The position numbers were made by a program, and so were the translations under genes. Positions 1 to 11,565 of a DNA stretch of 64,000 nucleotides are shown here, in pieces. Location of the stretch: NCBI GenBank assembly GCA_023213395.1, contig CM041465.1, positions 224,633,741 to 224,697,740 on the forward strand. The letters are read 5' to 3'. The notes under the pieces are model-generated. The model made no database searches. It saw only the letters and a list, made by a program, of their open reading frames with translations, and had not been told where the DNA came from. Origin of the DNA: Cycas panzhihuaensis (taxonomy: Eukaryota; Plantae; Cycadophyta). The stretch's first letter is position 1; each line of letters starts with the position of its first letter.

Positions 1-670
1 TAAGTGGTCAAGGACAGTAATGGAGTGAAGTACTGTAAGAAACGTGGACCATATTGTGAGGCACTAAATGAAGAGAATGAAGACGTTACTCTCCATCATA
101 TTGGCGTACTAATGATGCACAACCATAAAGAAAACCCAGTGTGTAAATTTCTTATTGCTGCCCCCGAGTGCTGGTTGAATGATGATCACATTTAATGCTG
201 ATTATGATGAGTGCTAGTTGAATGATGATCACATTTAATGCTGATTATGATGAACTTTACAGATGATTAGGCAAGATAACAGTGGACTATGGGCTGTTCA
301 TCTAAAGAAGACGACAATGATTTAACTCACCAACAATCTGAAACACCTTCATGAGAGAATGACATGGCAGATTGATAAAAGAATGAGCTTAATTGTCAAT
401 CAAATCAGATATGAAAGATGGGTAGACAAAGGCCAACATTAATGCATAAGACCAACATAGTGTTGACATTCAGATTGAATAAAGAAACTAGTTTTGAACC
501 TGGAATTGTGTTGGCTGATGAAGGCCTTTGCTTCACAAATCCTGCTCCATTCTTTGGTGTCCTTATCTTTGCAAATCATCATTCACTCCCACCAACTCGG
601 TGTACAATCAAGCAATGAAGCTCTTAAATGTATATGGAAAATGGAGGAGAAATACAGAGGGATAGAAGGA
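1..670 (+). repeat. Unclassified dispersed repeat, copy A (inverted relative to copy B); contains a tandem duplication of about 40 bp at about 174-253
   Basis: Aligns along its length to the reverse complement of about 15410-16042, e.g. aagcaatgaagctcttaaatgtatatgg vs ccatatacatttaagagcttcattgctt. Confidence 0.85.
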
Positions 671-1039
671 GAAGCCGATATATAGGAGAGTCATTACCCA
701 ATATCCTCCCAAACCAGTCAACCAACTTTGTATTGACAATAAAATGAATTTATACAACATTTTAATGTTTTCTTGGGGTGTGGGGGGTGGGGGTGCTGTT
801 CGTTTAATCCATTGGAAAATGGAGTGAATGAGCCCCTTCAACCAACTCCTAATTAACTTGAGTAAACATTAATAAGCATTTGTTAAACATGACCCCCTCA
901 AAAAGGGGTTTACAAAGGTAAAATGAACAAATAATAAGGGGTAAAAACACCCATAATTACCTAGAAACCTAACTTAGGCTTAGGGACTAAATCCATAAGT
1001 CTAACAACTAACACCTGTATCAACACAATGAAACTTCAA

Positions 1040-1650
1040 CATCCAAAACATTTGGGTAACAGGCCGACTTGCCTACACATGAATAATTAAGATATGGAAG
1101 ATAGGAAATTTGCAGCAGAAATAAGCACTTTTTAGCAAGGCAGCAAGAGACAATTTTGGTAATAACTGCTAGAAATCATCCACAGTTGCTCCAAGTAGCA
1201 TAATGGTGGCTGTATTTCAGTAGAGGTTCTGAAAAACTGGACATAGCAATGAATAACTCCTAAGCTTCAAGAGAACAGATGCAAGGATATCACAATTTGA
1301 GACATGAAATCCTCCAATAGCTGTGTCCTGTTTCAGTTGGACAGATCCCAAATGAGAGGCACAAGTCCAAGGAAGATTTATTCCAGGATGCATTCACATT
1401 GAGTGCCTATAGTGTTCTACAACATTGGTTGTTATTGGTAGATACATTCTCTTTGGAAAGAGAGGTCCAATTCAGGGAATTTCTTTGTTGGATGGCCATT
1501 TGAATGTCAATGGTATGAAAAATATGGAAATTGAGAAATCGTGTGTTCTAATTGGTTCCAAAGTCCTTGATAGGGAGAAAACTTGCTGCAGGTATGCATG
1601 GTGAGCATTCTATGCACTTTTGAAGTTTGATGTATGTTTGGAAAATGAGA
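1040..1650 (-). mobile_element. Possible highly degraded L1 LINE RNase H (RVT_3-like) remnant
   Basis: Minus strand near 1385-1405 reads ALNVNASW, resembling the plant L1 RNase H motif KLNVDAS; otherwise decayed, boundaries uncertain. Confidence 0.35.
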
Positions 1651-1906
1651 TGAGAAGTCTAGGTTAGTCCATGTCATAGCCTATGTTCTATGTAGAAGAC
1701 AATGACTGCTACCTATTGTACCAAATTACAAGCATTCCTCTTGATATTGTCACAGAATGTGGTTTTGTTAAACAATTAAAATTGTATTGTTTCAAAATGA
1801 AAAGGCATACAATTCAAGTATGGTAAAATCTGAATGTATTTTCTGTTGAAATTGCTTTGCTGTATCTTTTTATTATACAGGCTCATATCTTCCTATGTCT
1901 TTGCAG

Positions 1907-1953
1907 TGAATTCTATACAGTGATTCCCCATGATTTTGGGTTCAAGAAAATGC
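1907..1953 (+). CDS. PARP2: Internal exon (47 bp) of plant PARP2-type poly(ADP-ribose) polymerase, PARP regulatory domain
   Basis: ttgcAG acceptor at 1901-1906 after a T-rich tract; t+GAA TTC TAT ACA GTG ATT CCC CAT GAT TTT GGG TTC AAG AAA ATG+c = EFYTVIPHDFGFKKM, recognised as the plant PARP2 motif; donor GTacgt at 1954. Too short for the ORF track. Confidence 0.93.
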
Positions 1954-2240
1954 GTACGTATAATAGAGAAAACATCTACCAGAAGATATGTTTCTGTTGA
2001 CTTGACATTACATTAACTAGTCATTGTGTTTGAAACTCTGTTCCCACAAGGAATTGAGAGCTTGTTCTTATTTATGGCAAACCATACAGCTTAATCTTTA
2101 GGATATATAGCTGTGCACAAGAATCAAATTGCTTTATTATGAAATGTTTAGAGAGCTGAGAGCTAGGCACTTTTGTAGTAGGTTACCATTAATGTGTGCC
2201 AATGTGTCTCATTAGAACTGATTCATTTGAATAATGACAG

Positions 2241-2290
2241 GTGACTTCATCATTGACACCCCACAAAAGTTGAAGCGGAAATTGGAAATG
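2241..2290 (+). CDS. PARP2: Next internal exon (50 bp) of PARP2, PARP regulatory domain
   Basis: gacAG acceptor at 2236-2240; phase-1 join c|gt = Arg, then DFIIDTPQKLKRKLEM, continuing the PARP2 motif in frame; donor GTagtg at 2291. Confidence 0.93.
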
Positions 2291-2600
2291 GTAGTGTTAC
2301 AATATGACCTTTTGTTGAGTCATGGATATTATCAATTGTTGTTATATTAAGTGTAAAAAATGTGTGCCTAAACGAAAGGAAGCATGTAAGTTCTTCAAAT
2401 TCAAAACAGGGCCAACGTATGTACTAAGTGAAAAAGACCACACATGGCCGAGTTTCCTCAAGCTGTCATCATACATTATCCTATTGTAGTTCATAGTCCA
2501 TTCTTTGCTAGGTTCCGTTGTCCTATAGTAGTGCATAATCCTGTCCCATCTTTTAACAGGTGCATGCCTTTTCTTGCAGTTCTTCCTCACATTTATCTGG

Positions 2601-2828
2601 ACCTGCAAGGGTGAGATCCTGCTAATGTGAAAACACTGAAAAGGGTTCTTTCTTGTTTCCAAAATATGCCATATTATGTCCCTGCTAGACAGAACCTAAG
2701 GTTTTAATGTTTATCCAAACCTGCAAAGCGGAGGTCCTGTTATGATGAAAGCACTGAAAAGAATTCTTCCTTGTTTTCAAAATATGCCATGATGTTTCTT
2801 TGCTAGATGGAACCCAAGTTTTTTCATA
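2601..2828. repeat. Diverged tandem duplication, 2 copies, period about 118 bp
   Basis: acctgcaa...cactgaaaag...ttcttt/ccttgttt...aaaatatgccat...tgctaga...gaacc present at about 2601-2709 and 2719-2828. Confidence 0.85.
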
Positions 2829-3620
2829 CTACCTGTTAACTTGTAATCTCTGGTATTCTAATAGTTATTTCCTTTTGTACTCAAAAGGGAAATTTGACAG
2901 AATCGCTGGATTGTAGAAGCCGCCAGTACTTTTTGGTCATGAAGCCTTTTTTCAAGAACATGCTTGATGCCTTTTTGTCCTTATTGTAGCAGGGGCAGAT
3001 GGTTACTCTATTCCAGCTCTTTCAATGCTCAAATTTGTTTGGCCAAAGTGTTATTCCGAAAAATTATCTGATTGAAATTTTGTTGTATGGTTCTTGCCAT
3101 GGATTTCTAAGAAATTAAAAGAAAATTTGTAACAAATCTACCTATGTACATTCGATGGGATATTTGACAAATTGAGGCAATATCTTGAATTGAATACAAT
3201 ATTTTGTGGGTAAGGATGGTAGCGAGTATGAACTATTTGTTTGTGTTGTAGAAGGAGCAGAAATCAAGAAACATTACATTGTACAGTGTAGGATCAATGG
3301 AGACCAGATATAGACAGGTGGAAAAGCCCTTTGGGGAAAGAAAAACAACCTTAAAATTTAGTAAACTTTATTATCATAATGCATAGTACAAAGCGACAAG
3401 TTTTGCATTTGCCCTTATATACATAATGAGAGAGACGATTTACATGTACATTGAATTGGGTAACTGTTCATTCAACTGAATTTTAATAATAACTTTAATA
3501 TAATAATAATAATTCTAACATTAAAACATTACACAAGAGGTTACAAGATAACATTATGTCCTAACATCCCCCTTTAATGTTATCTTTAATACAATAGTAA
3601 AAAGAAGAATGATGAAGGGT

Positions 3621-5837
3621 TCAACATGTTGATCCCCCTTTGATAAAGACTTCATCAACTTTTAGTAATTGGCGCAACTTGATGAACTTTGCTTCAGTAG
3701 GAGGCTTTGTCATTATATCAGCAATCTGTAAATTTGTAGGACAATGTGAAAGATTAAGAGTATTATCATTAACAAGATTTCTAATAAAATGTTGATAGAG
3801 TTCAATATGTTTTGTTCGAGAATGAGCAATAGGGTTGGTAGCAATAGCAATAGCTTCTTGATTATCTACATGAATTTTAATAGAAGATTTAAAAAAGAAA
3901 CCAAGTTCATTTAATAATGACTTAATCCACAAAGAGCCCTTACTAGCTTCGAGTAAAGCATGATATTCTGCTTCAGTAGTAGATAATACAAGTGATTGTA
4001 TTTTTTAACCAACCCAAGTAACAGGTGAAAAATAAAAAAGAACATATACCCCGCTGTGGATTTACATTCATTAATATCGTCTGCCCAATCAGAATTAGTA
4101 TAACCTATCAACTGAAGGTCAAGGTTAGAATATTTATGGGTGAAGCCAAAGTAAATCGTACCTTGTAGATATCTTAATGTGAAAATGGACAAGTTCGAGC
4201 TGAGATTTGGCTCGAAACTTAGTTTTATGGGCAAGAGGGTCTATGTGTTGTTTACCTGAAACACAGACTTCACAAACACCATATACTATTGACAAAGAAG
4301 GAAAACCTTGAACCATGTCATGTTGTGTCAAAAAATGCAGCTTGCCATAGTTTGTATCACCAAAACATGCGTGCCATAAATGACTAATAGGGTCTGATTG
4401 AGCAATGAAAGAAGTGAATGACCTAGTTTTGGTTGTACATATAAGATCTGTTAGACTATAAAGACCTGCCTTATGATCAATAGGCCTAGAAGCAATTGGT
4501 TTGAATTTATTAAAAGGTTGCTTTATAATAAATTTATCTTTCCAGAATTCAACCACTAGGTTCTTCTGGCAAATTTGATAAATAGACAAGAAGTTAGGTA
4601 GTAAACCAAGAACATATAACACATCATTAATAGAGTCATTTTTTAAAGAAACATCACCTGCTCCTTCAATATTAAGCTGGGAGTCACTACCAAATGAAAA
4701 TTTCACTTTAGAATTTGTGTCTGGGTTATAAGTAGAAAGGTACACCTGATGTCCCGTCATATGATGGGAAGCACCATAATCAAGTACGCATGAAGGAGGT
4801 AGGGACGTAGGTGCAGTAAAGGCTAAGGTAGAGGCGGTTAGAGAGTTGTGGGATTCGGATTGTATCCCTTTTGAACCTTTTCGGGCTTCGAAAGCTAACC
4901 TATTTCTACAAACATCTATAGTATGTCCCTTTATAGTAGGCACAACTATTTGTTTTGGTTGTAATGTGGTCTAGGGACATTTTTTGTTTGATGTGTATGT
5001 TTTGATACTAAGTGTGTGTTTTGATTTTTAAACGTTCTTAGATATTTAGGATTTTGATTGTTGTGGTAATTTGAAGGGGAAACTCTGTATAATTTCTAAG
5101 GTTTAGAATTATAGTTGTGATTATTTTGATTATGATTTTGATTTTTATATTTGTGTTATGGTTTAATGTTAGAGAAAGAAGCTTGAGAAGGGTCTTTTAT
5201 TTCTCCAGTTTGAATAAGCATTGACTAGTATTCAACTAGTTGATTTGTAAGTTGGTCGAAAGAGATAGTGGGATGACCACACTATTGTCTAGCATTTTTA
5301 TACTGATTGAAGGATTTTGAAAGTTTATTGATTGCCAAACGGATAAGTGTATCATCGTCTTTAACATGTGTTGTAGTTATAATTTCATCACCTTTTTTGA
5401 TTGTTTTGACACAATTACCTAGATCTATATTTATTAGTTGAAGATTAGACAGAAACTCCTCGACTTTGAAAAATTTTTTATATTTTAAATCATGCATTTT
5501 TTGTTCTAGCATGGCAACTTGTGTTGTATCAACTTTTTCATACTTTTCCTTTAATTTTTTCCAGACAGTGGCTAATTCATTTGAATCAGTGAATTGCCTA
5601 CGGATGTCAGGAGAGAGAGAGGTTAGGATGGTGCCTAAGGCTCGATCACGGTTTATCAGATAAACCGTGTAAGCATTTGATGTAGTATCGGTAGTTTTTT
5701 TTTAAATCCCTGGTTACGTGTCACCACAACTTTTGTTGTTTTAACTAGTTGGATACTTTAACGTTCCAGTCGACATAATTTGAGTCGGTTAATATTGGAA
5801 TTTTGGTGGATGGGGTTACTCTTGACATAAAAGCCAT
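3621..5837 (-). pseudogene. Copia-1 degenerate gag-protease-preINT fused to RT C-terminus/RNase H
   Basis: ATG at 5837 (MAFMSRVTP...); ORF fragments 5282-5512, 4134-4943, 3911-4234, 3621-3932; stops and frameshifts. Confidence 0.85.
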
Positions 5838-5847
5838 TGGGAAAAAA

Positions 5848-8800
5848 TGTTGCGTTCCAGGAAAACTCTCTCTTTAGGGGTCTGTCAGCCGACTTAAACC
5901 CTAGAAATGAGCGCGGGAATATTAGCCGACCAGTAAGCCAGTTTTCTGGCCGACTTCATTAATGATTCACTCCCAGTGAACTGTCCTAATTCTGGCTGAC
6001 TTCAAACAGGATAATAATTGACCATTATAAAAAGGGAACAAAGCCCTCATTTCGGATCATCACTTCGGTTGGATCTCTTCTACATTTTCGGCTCTAGGGC
6101 TGCAGTTGGCTCGACCTTTTGGCCTGAGATATTTGGAGGATTCTCGCCTCGAGGGGCAAGCGTTCTGTGAGGATATTTTGTTATACATTTTTGTACTTTC
6201 CAGTATTATTTTGGACAATATATTTACTTTTATTTGTATTATTTCTAGTACTTTATTTCGGTGTTTATGGTGAATTTCCAATATTCATTATTATTTGAGA
6301 TTGAGGAGATCTGTTTGAGCCTATATTAGACCAGTATCTGTGAATCTTTGTGTTATTTCTGAATTAAGTTAAAAGCTTCCACTACAAGTGGTATTAGAGC
6401 TTCGTTGAAGCTATCGTGTGGAAAAGTGTCTCTAGAGAATATAGTTGAAATATTTTCGGAGGGGATCAATATAGTCTAATAGCCATCAGGGGGGTGACAT
6501 TTTTTTGTGAGAAGGAAGTGAATTTTCCCCACCCTCCGACTCGTGGATTTTGAGAAGAGCCCAAACGGAGTTACGCTCTAAGAAGGTTATACAACAAAAG
6601 AGGATGTCGACTGCCCAAGGCTAATCCAGTCAGGAACATATCACCTCAGACGAAGTAGGAAAGGAAATCCTAGCTTTGTTAGCAGGCCTCACATACCTCA
6701 TGCACAAAATCAACATAAATTTGGACGGACCACAAGCATAACCAATATGGGCCAAACAAGAAACGGAAATAGAACAAGGAAATACAAGTAATTTCGAAGG
6801 AAGATTTAAAACAGGACGAGAATATCAAAGAAGAACCTGCAAGAGTAACGAAGGGCTGACAATGGCAAAGATCACCTTAGAGAAGTTTGACCCCGATAAA
6901 TCGAGGGATATAAGAGGATGGATCTTATAGATGGAAACCTATTTCTCAGTCTACACGATACTGGAACACAAGCAAGTATCCTTGGCATCATTACATTTGT
7001 ATGGTCAAGCCTTGAAATGGTATTCATGGTGGCTTCAAACAAGTGGGAAACAGGCAGAAAGCTGGTAGAACATGAAGCATGGGCTCATAACCCAATATGA
7101 AGACTCCTGGAGTATAGACTATTTTGCCCAGTTGACAAGATTACAACAAACAAGCTCAGTCCAAGAGTTTAGTGAACAGTTTCAAGTGTTACAATATCTA
7201 ATTCCGACAACTGTGCCACCATAACTCCTTCTAGAAACATACATTAGCGGATTGAAACCTCCAATAAGATATCATCTAAAAGCAATGGAGGTACCAACAT
7301 TAGATTCAACAATCAAAACAACAAAATGCGTGGAAGCAGAATTGCAGGAAACTAGACCTATATTCACACGCAGAATAGAAAACTCGAGGATTTAACCCAA
7401 ATTGGAACAGGTCAGGAACTAAAGCGGATTCTCCGTTAGCAATTAGAAATAATCAAGAGACAACAACAAAGAAAGAACACATGAAGAAAGGAACTTTTTT
7501 CAAATGTGGTGCGAAGTGGAATCGTGAACATCAATGCGCCGACAAGAAGGTATATATGATTAATACCGAAGATACGACAATATCGGAGGAAGAAGAAGCA
7601 CCCGAGAAAATTCATGAAGAAGTTGAAGAAAAGCCAGAGAAAGATGAAGTAGACAAACTATTGGAGCTAGATACAGAAAACGTACACATATCACTCCAAG
7701 CAATTACAGGACAAAGTGTTACGCCACAAACACTTTGATTCCAAGGGATGATAAAAGGGGTGGCTGTCACAATTCTAGTCAATAGTGGTAGTGCACACAA
7801 CTTTATAAATGGGGCAACTGCAAAGAAGCTTGAAATTAAAATAGAACCAATAAATACATTCCAAGTGTCAATTGCAAATCGGAAAACAACACCGTGCGGA
7901 GGATTCTGTAGAAAAATCAATTTACAAATGGGTGAATATTACACAAACACATGCATGTTCGCAATGCAAATCGGTGGCGTGGATGCAGTATTGGGAATCC
8001 AGTGGCTTCAAACTCTGGGTAATATAGTCACTAATTATATGACCAGATTTATGTGCTTTTGCCAAGGAGGACATAAGTATTGATTGCACCTAAGAACGCC
8101 ACCAAGCATTAATCGGGTCACATCACACCGAATGGAGAAGATCCTTAGGAAAAACCCATTAGCATACATTATGACATGCTATAAGGTTGAAATCGAGGAT
8201 ACTCCACCAGAGATTCAACAAATTATAGAAGAATACAAGACAATGTTCGATGAACCGAAAGGACTACCGCCTCTTCAAGAAAATCAACATGCAATTGAAC
8301 TTATACCAGCTGCAACACTAATCAACATTCGACCGTATAGACATCCGTATCATTTACGGAAAGAGATCGAGAAAATCACAAGCGAATTTCTATCCCAAGG
8401 GAGCATTACCACTAGCACAAGCCCATTCGCAGGGTTCATATAGAAGGATGGTTCATATAGAATGTGTGTGGACTATCGAGGTCTCAATCAATTAACAGTC
8501 AAGAATAGGTACCCGATCCCCCACATTGACGATCTATGGGACAAAATTCATGGAGCAAAGTACTTTTCAAAAATTGATTTATGCTCAGGATATCATCAAA
8601 TCCGGATAAGAGAAGAAGACATCTACAAGACAACGTTCAGAACACATGAAGGCCTATTCGAATTTAGGGTAATGCCATTTGGATTAACAAACGCGCCGGC
8701 AACATTTCAGAGCACCATGATTCACGCAAGTGCTACACAATTTCATGTTAATTTTCTTTGATGATATTTTAATCTACAGTAAGACATGGGAAGAGCATTT

Positions 8801-11565
8801 AGAACATCTGAAAATCGTTTTCGGAATGTTCTCTACTTTTTTCTTTGCCAAAAAGAAGAAATGTTTGTTTACAAAGAAAGAACTAGTTAGGCCATATCAT
8901 AACTAGAGAAGGTATAAGGATTGGCCCAAAGAAAATACAAGCAATTGTCAATTGGCCAACCCCAATAAATGTTACAGTAGTTCAAGGATTCTTGGGGACA
9001 ACGGGGTTTGTTAGAAAGTTCATAAAGGGTTATGCACACCTAGCAACGCCACTCACAGATTTAACAAAGAAAGGTGCGTTTGCTTGGAACCCAAAAGCAG
9101 AAGAAGCTTTTGGTAATCTTAAGAAGGCCATGATAACAGCTCCAGTCTTAGCAACACCTAATTTTTCAAAACCGTTCGTATTGGAGTGTGATGCATCAGG
9201 ATTCGGAATAGGAGCAGTCTTACTCCAAGATGAAAGACCAATAGCTTATGAGAGTCGGAGGTTAAATAACAGAGAAAAACTCAAACCCATTTATGATAAG
9301 GAGATGCTTGCAATCATGCACATCATCCAGCAATGGCGACAATATCTATTGGGAAATTCCTTTTAGGTGCGCACAGATTATGATAGTCTGAAATACTTCC
9401 TCAGACAGAAGACGTTGTCCGATGAGCAACAAAAATGGGTCAGTAAGTTGTAGAATTTTGACTTCATGATAGCATACAAGAAAGGCAAAGAGAATATTAT
9501 AGCAGACGCATTATTATGAATCCCAGATGAAACGAAAGAAGGTCCTTCATTACAGTTGATATCAATAATTATGCCCTCATGGTTAAAATCCATCAGAACT
9601 TAATATATGGCAGATCCAAGATACCAAAAACTTCTAGATAACATCAAGGGAAGCAATTCAAATAAATACCAACAAAAGGGCGATCTGATTCTTAGGAACG
9701 ACAAAATCTATATTCCCAAAAATTCCAAATTAAAGGAAATTACACTGCAAGAAGCACATTCGGTCCCAGAAGCAGGCCACACCGATATAGACAAGACATA
9801 TCAGAAGATAAAAGCATCATACTTTTGGAAGGGCTTGAAATCAGATGTTCAAAAATTTGTGACAAAATGTGATACTTGTCAACGAAATAAGGTAGAATGT
9901 ATAAAGACCCCAGGTCTCCTACAACCCCTACCAATTCCCAACCAAAAATGGGAAGAAATGTCAATGGATTTTATTACAGGTCTCCCAAAATCAGAAGGTA
10001 AAGATGCGATCTTTGTCACGATCGATAGATTAACAAAGTATAGTCATTTTCGAGGGCTACAGTCAATAGCGAAGACAAGTGACATTGCAGAGCTATATAT
10101 GAAAGAAATCCATAGACTACACGGGTTTCCTAAAACTATTGTTAGCGATAGGGACCTAAAGTTCACTAGTAAATTTGGGAAGGATTTATTCATAATTGCA
10201 GGTACAAAATTACACATGAGCACATCGTATCATCCCCAAATTGATGGATAGACAGAGATAGTCAACAAATGTCTCGAAGGTTACTTGAGGAATTTTTGCT
10301 CAGATAAACAAAATCAGTGGCACAAGTGGCTACACTTAGCCGAGTGGTGGTATAATACAACATATCACTCTTCCACTAAGATGACACCATTCCAGGCTCT
10401 TTACAGATACCGACCGCTGTCTCTATTGACATGGAATGGATCATCCCAGGTTCAAGCTGTCCAAGAACACCAAAAGCAAATGGAAGACACGATTAGAATT
10501 CTTAAGGACAATTTGGCAATGGCAAGGAACAGAATGAAGCAACAAGCGGATGCGCAGTGATTGGAAAGGAGCTTCTAGAAAGACGATTGGGTTTTTCTTT
10601 GGTTGCAATCATACAAACAAACGTCATTGAGCAAAACGAAGACACAAAAGCTCACTCCTCTATATTTTGGACCATATCAAATACTTGACAGAATCAGAGA
10701 AGTAGCCTACAAACTTAAGTTACCGACAACAAGCAAGATCCGTAATACTTTTCATGTTTCATGCCTAAAGAAAAAGATTGGCGACAAAATAATACCACAA
10801 ACATCTTTGCCAGAACTCAATGAAGAAGGACAGATTATACTAGAACTAGAAGGGATACTCCAAATTCGCACCAGGCAACTTCAAACAAGACAAGTCAAAG
10901 AGTACCTCATAAAATGGCGGACATTGGATATAGAAGACGCGCCATGGGAGTCAGATGAATGGATACAACAATTTTTGAAGCTACCAATGCTTTGAGGGCA
11001 AAGCATTGTTTTCAGGAGGGGGGACTTGTTGCGTTCTAGGAAAACCCTCTCTTTAGGGGTCTGTCAACCAACTTAAACCATAGAAATGAGCACAGGAATA
11101 TTAGCCGACCAGTAAGCCAGTTTTCTAGCCGACTTCATTAATGGTTCACTCCCAGTGAACTGTCCTAATTCTCGCCGACTTCAAACAGGATAATAATTGA
11201 CCATTATAAATAGGGAACAAAGCCCTCATTTTGGATCGTCACTTCGGTTGGATCTCTTCTACATTTTCGGCTCTAGGGCTGCAGTTGGCTCGGCCTTTTG
11301 GCCTGAGATATTTAGAGGATTCCTACCTCGAAGGGCAAGCGTTTAGTAAGGATATTTTGTTATACATTTTTGTACTTTCCAATATTATTTTGGACAATAT
11401 ATTAACCTTTATTTGTACTATTTCCATTACTTTATTTCTGCGTTTATGGTGAATTTCCAATATTCATTATTATTTGAGATTGAGGAGATCTGTTTGAGCC
11501 TATATTAGACCAGTATCTGTGAATCTTTGTGTTATTTCTGAATTAAGTTAAAAGCTTCCGGTACA
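5848..11565 (+). mobile_element. Gypsy-1: full-length Ty3/Gypsy chromovirus (Reina-like size, 5.7 kb) nested in Copia-1
   Basis: 539-bp LTRs at 5848-6386 and 11027-11565; PBS tggtattagagc at 6389-6400; PPT aggagggggga at 11014-11024; TSD aaaaa/aaaaa. Confidence 0.96.
6604..10995 (+). pseudogene. Gypsy-1 gag-pol (gag, PR, RT, RNase H, INT, chromodomain), interrupted by stops and frameshifts
   Basis: LVNSGSAHNF (PR), MCVDYRGLN / [13 protein letters not shown] (RT), [14 protein letters not shown] (RH), SMDFITGLP / VSDRD (INT), GPY motif and EYLIKW...DAPWES (chromodomain). Start is approximate. Confidence 0.92.

Noticed and set aside
2342-2662. 106-aa minus-strand ORF and other short ORFs in LTRs/leaders (e.g. 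29391-29591 = 36157-36357, 30187-30972, 61604-61927)
   Set aside because: No recognisable domains; they lie in intron, LTR or leader sequence and are consistent with chance ORFs.
2742-2830. Intronic C/D snoRNA suggested by ATGATGA...CTGA
   Set aside because: CTGA is only a few nt after the C box, there is no terminal D box or stem, and the C box is absent from the duplicate copy.
2913-2935. gtagaagcc as the next PARP2 exon (VEA...)
   Set aside because: Continues VEAAST rather than VEALGEIE and lacks a proper AG acceptor.
6389-6400. tRNA gene fragments at tggtatcagagc-like sites
   Set aside because: These are primer-binding sites complementary to tRNA-iMet next to LTRs, not tRNA genes.
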